From positions 1-55,910 of the IMG/VR virus record IMGVR_UViG_3300044954_000249: 55,910 nucleotides of DNA; one strand, written 5' to 3'. The stretch comes from a virus. Lineage: Duplodnaviria > Caudoviricetes. The notes under the pieces were generated by a model that was given only the letters and a program-made list of their open reading frames with translations, did not search any database and was not told the origin of the DNA. Position numbers and translations under genes: made by a program. Below are positions 8,782 to 18,637 of the stretch, in pieces; position 1 is the first letter of the stretch, and the number at the start of each line of letters is the position of its first letter.

Positions 8782-10419
8782 ATGAGTAAAGTCCTTCATG
8801 TCAAAAAGCGGAACGGTCGCCTCGAAAACCTCAATATTAATAAAATAAATTTATGCGTAGAAAGAGCCTGCTCTGGATTAGAAAACGTTTCTGTTAGTGA
8901 GATCATCCTTGACGCTCATGTTCAGCTTTATGATAAGATTCCGACCGCTGAGATAGATAAGGCGCTCATCATGTCTGCGCGGACTAAGATTGAAAAGGAG
9001 CCCAATTATGCCCACGCCGCTTCTCGTCTTCTATTAGCCACTATTCTTAAGGAGGTTTTCGGAGAAAATTGCGATAGGGACGCTTTTGAGCATCAATATA
9101 AATCTTCTTTTATTAAAAGCATTAAGATGCTCGTTAAGGAAGAGGTTATTAATCCGAAACTTCTTGAATTTGATCTTAAGAAAATATCAGATGCAATTAA
9201 GCCAGACCGAGATTTAAAATTTAAATATCTTGGTTTGCAGATTGTATATGATCGTTATCTGCTTCATTTGAAGGGCCGTAGGCTTGAAACCCCGCAGGGA
9301 TTCTGGATGCGCGTAGCAATGGGTCTAGCTCTAAACGAGCAGAATAAAGAAGAAAAGGCAATCCAATTTTATGATGCCTTTTCTCAGTTTTTACTTTGCC
9401 CAAGTACTCCGACTCTTTTTAATAGCGGGACTATGCACAGCCAACTTAGTTCTTGCTATCTAAATACCTTCGATGATTCTATTGACGGAATTTTTGAAGG
9501 CTTGTGGCAGGAGGCTCGCAAATCTAAATTCGCTGGCGGTTTGGGCTTCGACGTGACTAATTTCCGTGCCGCAAATGCCTACGTTAAAGGGACCAACGGC
9601 AAATCCTCCGGCTTGATTCCGTGGCTTAAGATTTACAATGATACACTAATCGCAGTTGATCAGGGAGGTAAGAGGCCCGGGGCGGGATGCGCTTATCTTG
9701 AGACGTGGCATTTGGACCTAGAGGATTTTCTCGACTTAAAGAAGAATACCGGTGATGAGCGTCGCCGCTGTCACGATATGAATACAGCGAACTGGATTCC
9801 CGATCTTTTCATGCGTAGAATCCAAGAGGATGGAGACTGGTATCTTTTTTCTCCAAGCGACGTTAGAGATTTGCATGAGACCTATGGGGAAGATTTCGAT
9901 AATAGATATTTAGGTTATTGTAAGAAGGCTGAAGCTGGAGAGCTTCTCAATTTCAGGAAAGTCAAGGCGAAGGAGTTGTGGAAGAAAATGCTCCGCGTAC
10001 TATTTGAAACTGGGCATCCGTGGATAACTTTTAAAGATAACGCCAATTTAAGATATTCAAATTCCCACGAAGGAACGGTTCATAGTTCAAACCTGTGTCT
10101 AACTGGTGATACTCAAATATATGCCTTAGTTGATAAAATGCCAACCCACATAAGCCTAAGAGAGCTAAACGACCTATTCTCACTTAGCAAAGACATGAAA
10201 GTGTTGAGCTATAATGAAAAAGAGCAAGCTTATGAATACAAGAGTATATTAGCTTCGGCCCTGACCAAGAAAAATGCAGATTTGATTAAAATTACCGATT
10301 CTCAGACCGGTAAATCCATTAAGTGTACGCCCGAACATAAAGTTTTTACAAAAAATAGAGGCTACATCCAAGCTAAAGATCTAGCTCCTATGGATGAGCT
10401 AGAAATTCTGGATAACTGA
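8782..10419 (+). CDS. nrdA: Ribonucleotide reductase alpha subunit, N-terminal part, fused to split intein N-fragment
   Basis: ATP cone (VKKRNG), STPTLFNSG, LSSC, QGGKRPGA; extein ends SSNL, followed by intein CLTGDT...CTPEH. Confidence 0.95.
   Translation: MSKVLHVKKRNGRLENLNINKINLCVERACSGLENVSVSEIILDAHVQLYDKIPTAEIDKALIMSARTKIEKEPNYAHAASRLLLATILKEVFGENCDRDAFEHQYKSSFIKSIKMLVKEEVINPKLLEFDLKKISDAIKPDRDLKFKYLGLQIVYDRYLLHLKGRRLETPQGFWMRVAMGLALNEQNKEEKAIQFYDAFSQFLLCPSTPTLFNSGTMHSQLSSCYLNTFDDSIDGIFEGLWQEARKSKFAGGLGFDVTNFRAANAYVKGTNGKSSGLIPWLKIYNDTLIAVDQGGKRPGAGCAYLETWHLDLEDFLDLKKNTGDERRRCHDMNTANWIPDLFMRRIQEDGDWYLFSPSDVRDLHETYGEDFDNRYLGYCKKAEAGELLNFRKVKAKELWKKMLRVLFETGHPWITFKDNANLRYSNSHEGTVHSSNLCLTGDTQIYALVDKMPTHISLRELNDLFSLSKDMKVLSYNEKEQAYEYKSILASALTKKNADLIKITDSQTGKSIKCTPEHKVFTKNRGYIQAKDLAPMDELEILDN
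10096..10416 (+). mobile_element. Split intein N-fragment in NrdA (107 aa)
   Basis: Block A CLTGDT, block B IKCTPEHKVFT, RGYIQAKDL, then stop. Confidence 0.93.
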
Positions 10420-10505
10420 CGGAACAATGACGGACATAAGAATTTCATCTTATCTAAAGACGACAAAAGAATTAAATAAAATAAACTTAAAGTAGGAAAA
10501 ATATC

Positions 10506-10604
10506 ATGCTGACAATTGAAAAGGTAAATTATCAAGAAGACGTGTTCGATATAACTGTGGAAGATAACCACAATTTTTTTGCAAATGATATATTGGTTCA
10601 TAAT
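10506..10604 (+). mobile_element. Split intein C-fragment in NrdA (33 aa)
   Basis: Blocks F and G ending His-Asn; the +1 Cys is at 10605-10607. Confidence 0.93.
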
Positions 10605-11726
10605 TGCACGGAGATCTTTTTACATACTAAGCCTTCTAAATACGAAGAGGGAGAAAAAAAGGAAGTCGGAGAAGCGGCCGTTTGCAATCTCTCTTCGGTT
10701 AATCTTAAAGAACACCTCAAGAACGGGAAGCTGGATTATCCTCTGCTAGCTAAAACTATCGCTACTCAAATTAGGGCTCTTGATAGCGTAATAGATTTAA
10801 ATTTTTATCCGACAAAAGAAGCCGCAAATTCTAATCTAAAGCACCGCCCAGTCGGGGCTGGTTCAATGGGGTGGGCTGACGTTTTTCATGCCTACAAGAT
10901 AGATTTTTCTTCTGAAGAGGCCATTCAATTCTCTGACGAACTACAGGAATTTATTTCTTATCATTGTATTCTGAATTCCTGCGCTTTAGCTAAGGAAAAG
11001 GGAAAATACTCCACTTACAATAATTCTCTTTGGTCTAAGGGGGTCTTACCAATTGATACTTATAAGTCCTTGATGAATTATCTCAAGCAAGATCCAATAG
11101 AATTTAAATCAAATAAATTCTCTCCTAAAGTCGATTGGGACACGCTTCGCGCCTCTATCAAAGAGCATGGGGTTCGCAACAGCAACACGATGGCTATTGC
11201 CCCTACGGCTACCATCTCTTATATTCAGGGGTGCTCTCCATGTATAGAGCCAGACTTCTCTACTCTATTCGTTTACGAAAATAAGAGCGGCAATTTAATG
11301 ATTACAAATGAATGGTTCGTAAATGAATGTAAAGAATTGGGGATCTGGAACAAGTCATTAATTGAAATGATTAAATCTGTTGATGGAGACTTATCTCAAT
11401 TAAACGGTTATATACCGGACGACTTGAAGAAGCGTTACTGTACCGCTTTTGACAGAGACCAATTCAAACTCGTCGATGCTGCCGCAGCCAGACAAAAGTG
11501 GATTGATATGGGGCAAAGTTTGAATTTATTCAACTCTAACACGTCTCTTAAGTTTCTAAATGATTTGTATATTCACGCTCGTAATAGAGGATTGAAAGCT
11601 ACTTATTATCTGCGTAATAAATCAGCGAGCAAAATCGAAAAGTCGGTGACCAAAACGCCAGAAACAAACAATAGCGAACCAAAAGCGTGCAGCATCTTAA
11701 ATCCGGGCTGTGAATCTTGTCAATAA
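10506..11726 (+). CDS. nrdA: Split intein C-fragment fused to ribonucleotide reductase alpha C-terminal part
   Basis: VFDITVEDNHNFFANDILVHN|CTEI, then VCNLSS, AIAPTATIS, GLKATYYLR and C-terminal redox Cys (CSILNPGCESCQ). Confidence 0.95.
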   Translation: MLTIEKVNYQEDVFDITVEDNHNFFANDILVHNCTEIFLHTKPSKYEEGEKKEVGEAAVCNLSSVNLKEHLKNGKLDYPLLAKTIATQIRALDSVIDLNFYPTKEAANSNLKHRPVGAGSMGWADVFHAYKIDFSSEEAIQFSDELQEFISYHCILNSCALAKEKGKYSTYNNSLWSKGVLPIDTYKSLMNYLKQDPIEFKSNKFSPKVDWDTLRASIKEHGVRNSNTMAIAPTATISYIQGCSPCIEPDFSTLFVYENKSGNLMITNEWFVNECKELGIWNKSLIEMIKSVDGDLSQLNGYIPDDLKKRYCTAFDRDQFKLVDAAAARQKWIDMGQSLNLFNSNTSLKFLNDLYIHARNRGLKATYYLRNKSASKIEKSVTKTPETNNSEPKACSILNPGCESCQ

Positions 11727-11731
11727 TTAAT

Positions 11732-12745
11732 ATGAGTAATAAAACCGGAGCATTAATGGGAGAAGATGTAGCTGGGGTAAATCAAATTTTACCGCATAAG
11801 CATCATTTTGCATGGGATCTATTTTTAAAAGGGGTTGCTAACTCTTGGAGCCCAGCAGAAGTTAATATGTCCACTGACGTTAGACAGTGGAAAGACGGAA
11901 CACTAACTGGAGACGAGAAGCTGCTTGTTAAGCGTTGTTTGGGTTTTTTTGCTGGAAGTGAATCTCTTGTAGGGAATAATCTTCTTCTAACGGTTTTTAG
12001 ATGGATTACGGACGCCGAGTGTCGTCAGTACGTTTTAAGACAAGCGTACGAAGAGTCTCTACATAACTGGACAGTTGTCACTTCTTGCGACTCCTTCTCA
12101 CTGAAAATTAATGAAGTATATGAGGCATATTTAAATATTCCAAGTATCAAGGCTAAGGATGATTTTCTATTATCTATTACAAGTGACGTAAATAGACCAG
12201 ACTTTAGTACTAAAACCATCGAAGGGAAAAGAGAGCTTCTCCGTAATTTAATTACTTATTATATTGTCTGCGAAGGAACCTTCTTCTTCTCTGGCTTTGC
12301 CATGCTTCTCGCTCTTGGCCGTCAGAATAAGCTACCCGGCCTTTCCGATCAAATCCGCTATACGTTAAGGGATGAAAGCTTGCATATCAAGTTCGGAACC
12401 TATTTAATTAATTCTATAAAAGAGCAGTATCCGTCCGTTTGGAATAAAAAGTTCGAGGAGGAGACCCTAGAACATATTAAAAAGGCCGTGGAGCTTGAAA
12501 TAACGTACGCACATGACGTTTTACCGAGGGGTATCCTCGGCCTAAACGCCGAAATGTTTGTTGATTATATGAAGTATATTGGTAATAGGCGCCTTGAATC
12601 AATTGGGATAGACTTTAGATTCGATAGCGATAAAAATCCGTTCCCGTGGCTCTCAGAGGTCATCGATATGGGCGCAATGACTAATTTTTTTGAGCGGAAA
12701 GTTAAGGATTATCAAAATTCAGGAGCTTTAGAGGACGATTTCTAA
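11732..12745 (+). CDS. nrdB: Ribonucleotide reductase beta subunit, class Ic-like (no radical Tyr)
   Basis: FFAGSESLVGNN, EESLHNWTV, EGTFFFSGF, RDESLH, NFFERKVKDYQ. ATG 11732 preferred over the track's TTG 11717. Confidence 0.93.
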   Translation: MSNKTGALMGEDVAGVNQILPHKHHFAWDLFLKGVANSWSPAEVNMSTDVRQWKDGTLTGDEKLLVKRCLGFFAGSESLVGNNLLLTVFRWITDAECRQYVLRQAYEESLHNWTVVTSCDSFSLKINEVYEAYLNIPSIKAKDDFLLSITSDVNRPDFSTKTIEGKRELLRNLITYYIVCEGTFFFSGFAMLLALGRQNKLPGLSDQIRYTLRDESLHIKFGTYLINSIKEQYPSVWNKKFEEETLEHIKKAVELEITYAHDVLPRGILGLNAEMFVDYMKYIGNRRLESIGIDFRFDSDKNPFPWLSEVIDMGAMTNFFERKVKDYQNSGALEDDF

Positions 12746-12752
12746 TAAAATT

Positions 12753-12758
12753 GTGTAA
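12753..12758 (+). promoter_or_regulatory. GTGTAA motif, putative phage-sigma promoter
   Basis: ttGTGTAAtttataacagaATG, ahead of the glycan cluster. Confidence 0.55.
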
Positions 12759-12769
12759 TTTATAACAGA

Positions 12770-13069
12770 ATGGAAGAGCTAGACTGGCAGATAATTATTA
12801 ATTTCTTTTTTGGCATAATTACCTTTCTTGGGGGGTGGATGCTAAAATTGATTTTCGGTCTAATGTCAAAAATGCAAGAGGACTATAAGGATCTTAATCA
12901 TTATTCTAGAGTGCAGCATGATAAACTAATAGACGACTTAACCGCCCTAGCCCTTAGTATCCCAGAAAAATACGTTTCAAAAGATGATTTCAATCAGTTA
13001 GTAAAGGCCGTCCACCATAGATTTGACAGGCTTGAAGAGAAGATTGATTCCCTAAAAAATCACGAATAG
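12770..13069 (+). CDS. Single-TM coiled-coil protein (possible lysis accessory)
   Basis: N-terminal TM helix, then YVSKDDF...FDRLEEKID pattern. Confidence 0.55.
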   Translation: MEELDWQIIINFFFGIITFLGGWMLKLIFGLMSKMQEDYKDLNHYSRVQHDKLIDDLTALALSIPEKYVSKDDFNQLVKAVHHRFDRLEEKIDSLKNHE

Positions 13070-13096
13070 CGCCTTTCCCTGACCTGTCTAAGTCGG

Positions 13097-13840
13097 GTGA
13101 ATTTTAAATTTGGTATAATCGGTTGCTTTTATAATTGCGCTGACTACCTCCCCGAAGTTCTTCCCCCTTGGTTTAAACTCAAAAAGGAATTTAATCTGGA
13201 GATGACTGCCGTAAATTGTCTTTTTACGGAATACGCCGCAATGGGAATGAAGAATGAAGATTCCAAGACGCGAGATATAATTAAATCTTTCCCATTCGAT
13301 TATACATTTATATCCCCTATACCGCAGCACGATTCAATTGTCAGAAATTCTGTTTTATCTTATCTTCTCTATAAAGAAGTTGATTTCGTATGGCTTTTGG
13401 ACGGAGACGAATTCTATACTGAAGAAGAAATAAGAAACATTATCTCTTTCGTAATTGAAAATAAGGATAAGTATTGGTTCTCTCTTAATTTCAAGAACTA
13501 CATTTTCGACGGCAAGACTTGGGTCGATGGATTCAGACCCCCAAGAATCTTTAATAACACCTTAAATAAAAAGATTGACAGGTTCTATTGGGAAAATGAT
13601 ATTGTTTATTCTGATGGAACAGATTATAAAAAATTAAGTAACATCGAAATTCCTATTGAGAAAGCCAGAGTAAGGCATATGACTTGGTTAAACAAAAATG
13701 GCAAAAGTAAAGTCGAGTATCAAATAAAACATTACGGTCACTGTTCTTACAAATGGAATGAAATCAAACAAGAATTAGAGTTCGATTTAGACTATTATAA
13801 GAAATTTGGGGTTCCGCTTCCTAATTTGATTAAAGATTAA
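13097..13840 (+). CDS. GT-A glycosyltransferase (GT2-like)
   Basis: DFVWLLDGDEFY DxD motif. Confidence 0.8.
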   Translation: MNFKFGIIGCFYNCADYLPEVLPPWFKLKKEFNLEMTAVNCLFTEYAAMGMKNEDSKTRDIIKSFPFDYTFISPIPQHDSIVRNSVLSYLLYKEVDFVWLLDGDEFYTEEEIRNIISFVIENKDKYWFSLNFKNYIFDGKTWVDGFRPPRIFNNTLNKKIDRFYWENDIVYSDGTDYKKLSNIEIPIEKARVRHMTWLNKNGKSKVEYQIKHYGHCSYKWNEIKQELEFDLDYYKKFGVPLPNLIKD

Positions 13841-13843
13841 AAT

Positions 13844-14644
13844 ATGTCTCAATCCCATTATAATATTCTAGTCTTAGATTATAATCGCCCAAAAGAGAGC
13901 GAGCTATGCTTGGAGAGCATTGAGAAGTTTGCCAAGTTCAATTATAAGGTTATATATCTGTCTAACGGCGGAGAGCAAGATTACGCTATAGATTTCTATA
14001 AAAGAGGTTTAATAGACAAACTCATTTTAAGAAAAAGTAATTCTGGGTGCGGACTTGGAACTAGAGAACTTTTCAATGATTTTGATTTAGATTCAGATTT
14101 TGTATTTTATGTTCAATGTGACCAATTTATGGTCAGAGATTTATCCCAAGAAGAGATAGATTTCTATATTTCAAAAATTAAAGATAATGTCGCTTACGTT
14201 GACTTGGCTGGAAATCAAGGGCGAGGCATTTATTCCGAGCGAGCTCATTTCATAAGTAAGAGTTTCTATAATAAAATTCCAAATACCATTGGAGGTCCGG
14301 GGCCATATGCAAATCAAAAATGGACAGAGCAATCTCTCCAAGAATACTTAAAAGAAAACGGCTTGAAATTCGCGACAATAAATCCATTAGTTTTTGCTGA
14401 CAATGGAAAATGTTCTCTAAGAGAATATCCATGTGGAGGGCAACTTCTAATGTATGCTGACACCAAGCAGGTTTTTGTTTTAAAACCCATAACGAAAAGA
14501 GTCGATTTTATAAACATTCATTTAACTGATTCTGAGTGGGAAGCCATATTAAGTAATAAGTGGCAGAACGGCACCATACCAGAGCAACACAGGGATTATA
14601 GCTTTAAGGTGTGGGAGAAGCCATACGATAAAGAGATTTTATAA
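13844..14644 (+). CDS. GT-A glycosyltransferase (GT2-like)
   Basis: ILVLDYNRP, CLESI, NSGCGLG, YVQCDQ. Confidence 0.75.
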   Translation: MSQSHYNILVLDYNRPKESELCLESIEKFAKFNYKVIYLSNGGEQDYAIDFYKRGLIDKLILRKSNSGCGLGTRELFNDFDLDSDFVFYVQCDQFMVRDLSQEEIDFYISKIKDNVAYVDLAGNQGRGIYSERAHFISKSFYNKIPNTIGGPGPYANQKWTEQSLQEYLKENGLKFATINPLVFADNGKCSLREYPCGGQLLMYADTKQVFVLKPITKRVDFINIHLTDSEWEAILSNKWQNGTIPEQHRDYSFKVWEKPYDKEIL

Positions 14645-14645
14645 C

Positions 14646-15497
14646 ATGAAAATATACCTTGGATTAACTACTCAAAATCAAGCCCATAATATAGATGAGC
14701 TAACAAAAGGATGCTTTGAATATTTTGACGGGATCATCAGTGTCGATGGTGGGTCTAACGATGGTACCATTGAGATATTAGAGTCTAGAAAAAAGGAGGG
14801 ATGCGTTATCCATAGAAAATGGACAAACGACCACGACTTTCAAAACAACGAGATACTAAGGCAAGGGCCAGCTAGAATAGGAGATTGGATTTTCTTAAGA
14901 GATTCAATGGAAAGATTCAATCTTGATTTCGTTAAGAATATCAGGCAATTCGTAGGATTTTGCAAGGTTAATGACGTAAGGTATACTCATTGTCATGGTA
15001 AGGGTTTCGGGTTTGAATATTATGACGACTTATTCTTTCTCGGAAGTCCACATTGGGGGCTAAAAGGAGTGCGGCCTAAATTTTTAAATATGTTTGATCT
15101 TTATCCAATCGAAAAAGATTTTGCGTATAGAATTCATGATGGGGAGCCCGGCGGAAGACCAAAGCATAATTTCATAGATCATTTCTTAAAATACTATTAC
15201 GTTTATGGAAGAACAAACCATTTACTACTTGGTAGAGAGGGGAAACAAGAAGAATTTAATAAGCACGAAATGAATCGCCAAAAATTCAGAATTCATTGTA
15301 TGAATCTCGGCTTAGATTTTACTATTGATTCCCTTAAGAATTATCTGGCGAAAGATGATTGGAAAAAAGACAAAGAGTTTGTTGAGATGTTCAATATGGA
15401 AGAAATATTAAAAACCTTTTATAGATGGCATATCTTAAAGCACGATTTAGAAACAATTCAAAAAGATAGAGAGACTTGGAATTTGGAAATCCAATGA
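14646..15497 (+). CDS. GT-A glycosyltransferase (GT2-like)
   Basis: ISVDGGSNDGTIEIL, W...DF..N, DWIFLRDSME. Confidence 0.8.
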   Translation: MKIYLGLTTQNQAHNIDELTKGCFEYFDGIISVDGGSNDGTIEILESRKKEGCVIHRKWTNDHDFQNNEILRQGPARIGDWIFLRDSMERFNLDFVKNIRQFVGFCKVNDVRYTHCHGKGFGFEYYDDLFFLGSPHWGLKGVRPKFLNMFDLYPIEKDFAYRIHDGEPGGRPKHNFIDHFLKYYYVYGRTNHLLLGREGKQEEFNKHEMNRQKFRIHCMNLGLDFTIDSLKNYLAKDDWKKDKEFVEMFNMEEILKTFYRWHILKHDLETIQKDRETWNLEIQ

Positions 15498-16252
15498 AAC
15501 TGCCTTTAAATCTAGCCGTTTTTACTACTTCCGTCGGACACTATGGTAGGAAGGACATATATAAATCCACCGTAAATAATCTTTTTTCTAAAGTAGACAA
15601 GAATATATTTTCTGGCCTTATTACCCATATAAAAGTCCGATCCGGAGAAGAAGATGTAGCTAATGAAGCCGAATTGTTCTTTAATGAATTAGGCTTTAAT
15701 GTTTTAAGAACTGACAGCAACTTCAAGCGTAGTGATCATTTAAGGCATGGTCAAGAATACATAAATGACATATATAAAACTTTTTCTAGCGCCGAAATCC
15801 AGAGAAACCAATATACTCTTTGGTTAGAAGATGACTGGATTATCGATGTTAAAGAGAAGGATTTATATTACTATCTTGAAAAGGCCTGCAATCTTCTCTC
15901 CGAAAATAGAGATTTAATGACATTAAGAATAAACTCAAAAAGTACGCAAGACTTTAATGAGGGACAAGTAATAAGAAAGAGGGATTATATTCTTCAAAAT
16001 GTTAATTTTACTCAATACGGTCCTTGTTTTACATTTCAACCCAATATCTCGAGGTCAAGAGATTTATGGTTAGGTTGGAGGACTATTCTTGCTAATAATG
16101 ACAGGGTAGGACATTTACATATAGAATTGAAGTCCGGGATGGGCATGAAGGCATTATGCGACTCCCAAACTCCTTTTGGATTTTTCGATTTTAATTCAAT
16201 AAAATCAATACATATAGGCGAACCCCCATTTGAAAAGCTGGCAGATTTATGA
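15494..16252 (+). CDS. GT-A glycosyltransferase-like protein
   Basis: YTLWLEDDW, FTFQP and HIG motifs; ATG 15494 overlaps the upstream stop (ATGA). Confidence 0.7.
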   Translation: MKLPLNLAVFTTSVGHYGRKDIYKSTVNNLFSKVDKNIFSGLITHIKVRSGEEDVANEAELFFNELGFNVLRTDSNFKRSDHLRHGQEYINDIYKTFSSAEIQRNQYTLWLEDDWIIDVKEKDLYYYLEKACNLLSENRDLMTLRINSKSTQDFNEGQVIRKRDYILQNVNFTQYGPCFTFQPNISRSRDLWLGWRTILANNDRVGHLHIELKSGMGMKALCDSQTPFGFFDFNSIKSIHIGEPPFEKLADL

Positions 16253-17043
16253 AGATTAGCATATACTCAACCGCATTTAACATTGTAAAGAACAACTTCG
16301 ATTACGAAGACGCATTAAGAAATTTTCTTTATTATGCCGACGAGGTTTGTCTTGCGATAAATAAAAGTGAAGATGATACTCTAAATGTAGTATCTAAGTA
16401 TGTCGCCGACAATAAGTTAAATGTCAAAATAATAGCAACGGAATTTGAATATGATGATCCATTCTGTTATGGAAAAATAGTTAATGCTGGCCTACAAGGA
16501 TGCACTGGCAATATCTGCATTTTGCAAGACTTGGATGAGCGGTTTGGCGGCAAGAAAGAATACCTAACGAAAGTGTGCGAGCAATTTTTAGTTCTCAATG
16601 AAACTAAGGCTCTTTTCGTTCCGGTTATGGATCTTTACGGAGACTTCGAGCATTATAAGGCCATAAATTTTAAATGGTATATTCATAAAAGCGGCTTGTA
16701 CAGAGGCGCAGTTAACTTTGGCATAAAAGAAGATGGCAGGCCAGACTATCATAAAACAAGTACGGACGAATTAATAGACAAAGATGGAAATCTAGTTCCT
16801 ACTATTAATATGGTTAATTCTTTGGGTCTACAAGATCCATATGAATATATAAAAAGAGGATATCCATTTGTCTACCATCTTGGATATACCGATCTTCATA
16901 AACGAGTTTTAAGAAATCACTTTTGGAAAGCCTATTGGGAAAAGGCTACTGGGGGCGATAAGAATAACCATTCACTCGACATAAACGACTTACTCGGCAA
17001 AGAATATCCGAGGCATAATCTGCCACTTTGGAATAAGATTTAA
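16249..17043 (+). CDS. GT-A glycosyltransferase (GT2-like)
   Basis: ADEV, SEDDT, ILQDLDE, YHLGY. Confidence 0.8.
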   Translation: MKISIYSTAFNIVKNNFDYEDALRNFLYYADEVCLAINKSEDDTLNVVSKYVADNKLNVKIIATEFEYDDPFCYGKIVNAGLQGCTGNICILQDLDERFGGKKEYLTKVCEQFLVLNETKALFVPVMDLYGDFEHYKAINFKWYIHKSGLYRGAVNFGIKEDGRPDYHKTSTDELIDKDGNLVPTINMVNSLGLQDPYEYIKRGYPFVYHLGYTDLHKRVLRNHFWKAYWEKATGGDKNNHSLDINDLLGKEYPRHNLPLWNKI

Positions 17044-17044
17044 T

Positions 17045-17722
17045 ATGAAATTAGATACTACGCAAAAGGTGGAAAAGATCTTTGAAATTGAAAATTCAAT
17101 CTTATTAGCTCAATTTAATAAATCCGGTATTGACCCGAAGATAATTGAAAAAGAGGGAGCCTCTGGTACGTTCGGTAGACATTTACATAATAATCTTGGA
17201 AGAATTTTTGGTAAAGATCTTTCTTACTTAGAGATTGGAACTCAAAGGGGGTTGTCATTCTGCACGGCGCTCATTAATAATGAATATTCTTACGCTTGCG
17301 TTATTGACAATTGGTGTCAGGGCGAATTCCGTAAAGAGTTCAACGAAAACGTAGAGCAATTCTTAAAAGATAAGAAGTTTGATTTATACGACCAAGACTG
17401 CTGGGCTATAGATCTTAAAGAACAAATAAAGCAAAAAATAAATTTCTATTTTTATGACGGATGCCACGAACAACCGTCTCACGAAAAAGCTTTTACTTAT
17501 TATAATGAGGCGTTGGATGACACTTTCTTATGCATGATAGACGACTGGAACTGTGAACGAGTAAGGGCGGGTACTAGAGGCGCGTTTGCAAAATTGAATT
17601 ATAAGATATTGCATGAGCGTAGCCTTTTTACTGAAAATTATGACAGCAGAATGGGGTGGGGGGTGGGTGATCCCAGAACTTGGTGGAATGGTTTATTTGT
17701 CGCATTAATAGAGAAGAATTGA
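17045..17722 (+). CDS. Class I SAM-dependent methyltransferase (Methyltransf_24-like)
   Basis: YLEIGTQRGLS, FYDGCH, IDDWN. Confidence 0.85.
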   Translation: MKLDTTQKVEKIFEIENSILLAQFNKSGIDPKIIEKEGASGTFGRHLHNNLGRIFGKDLSYLEIGTQRGLSFCTALINNEYSYACVIDNWCQGEFRKEFNENVEQFLKDKKFDLYDQDCWAIDLKEQIKQKINFYFYDGCHEQPSHEKAFTYYNEALDDTFLCMIDDWNCERVRAGTRGAFAKLNYKILHERSLFTENYDSRMGWGVGDPRTWWNGLFVALIEKN

Positions 17723-17734
17723 TATAATAGATAT

Positions 17735-18631
17735 ATGAAATCTCTTGTAACAGGTGGTGCGGGCTTCATAGGGAGCCATATCGTAGATAAACTCATAAAC
17801 TTGGGTCATGAAGTTCGGGTAATTGATGACGAGTCCGCCGAATGTAATGAGACATTCTATAAAAATCCTAAAGCGCAACATCATAAAATAGATATATGCG
17901 ATTTCGATGGAATTCTACCTATATTTAGCGGTATAGATTACGTATTTCATTTAGCGGCGGAATCAAGAATCCAACCCACCTTAGCTAGACCACAACGCGC
18001 ATGTCAAGTTAATGTAACGGGTACATGTAACGTCCTTCAGGCCGCAAGAATTAACAATGCAAAGAAGGTCGTTTATTCTTCTACCTCTTCCGCATATGGC
18101 TTAAAGAATGTCCCTCCCCTCAAAGAGGATATGAGTAGGGATTGCTTAAATCCATATTCTGTCACTAAGGTTGCTGCGGAAGATTTATGCAAAATGTATT
18201 ATAGTCTTTTTAATTTACCTACTGTTATCTTTAGATATTTTAATGTATATGGGGAGCGTCAGCCACTCAAGGGGCAATATGCCCCAGTTATTGGAATATT
18301 TTTAAGACAAAAAGCCGCCGGAGAATCAATGACGGTAGTGGGGGATGGATTACAAAGGAGAGACTTTACGCACGTAAGTGACGTTGTAGACGCGAACATA
18401 AACGCGGCTTTTGATACAAACCCAGAAAATCTAGGTCAAATTTTTAATATTGGTACCGGAAGAAACCATAATATGTTGGAGCTATGCGAGATGATTGGTG
18501 GCAAATATAAGTTCATCGCGCCCAGACTTGGTGAAGCGAGGATTACATTGGCAGATATATCGAAGGCAGAAAAGTCACTAAACTATTATCCCAAAGTCAC
18601 TCTAGAAAAATGGATCCAAGAAAACAGATAG
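17735..18631 (+). CDS. NAD-dependent nucleotide-sugar epimerase/dehydratase
   Basis: VTGGAGFIGSH, YSVTK (YxxxK), RYFNVYG, GDGLQRRDFTHV. Confidence 0.93.
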   Translation: MKSLVTGGAGFIGSHIVDKLINLGHEVRVIDDESAECNETFYKNPKAQHHKIDICDFDGILPIFSGIDYVFHLAAESRIQPTLARPQRACQVNVTGTCNVLQAARINNAKKVVYSSTSSAYGLKNVPPLKEDMSRDCLNPYSVTKVAAEDLCKMYYSLFNLPTVIFRYFNVYGERQPLKGQYAPVIGIFLRQKAAGESMTVVGDGLQRRDFTHVSDVVDANINAAFDTNPENLGQIFNIGTGRNHNMLELCEMIGGKYKFIAPRLGEARITLADISKAEKSLNYYPKVTLEKWIQENR

Positions 18632-18637
18632 TTCAAA

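Noticed and set aside
10417-10506. nrdA as a pseudogene, frameshift or intron-interrupted gene
   Set aside because: The break falls at the canonical intein split point, the second half has its own ATG, all catalytic motifs are intact, and 86 nt is too short for a self-splicing intron.
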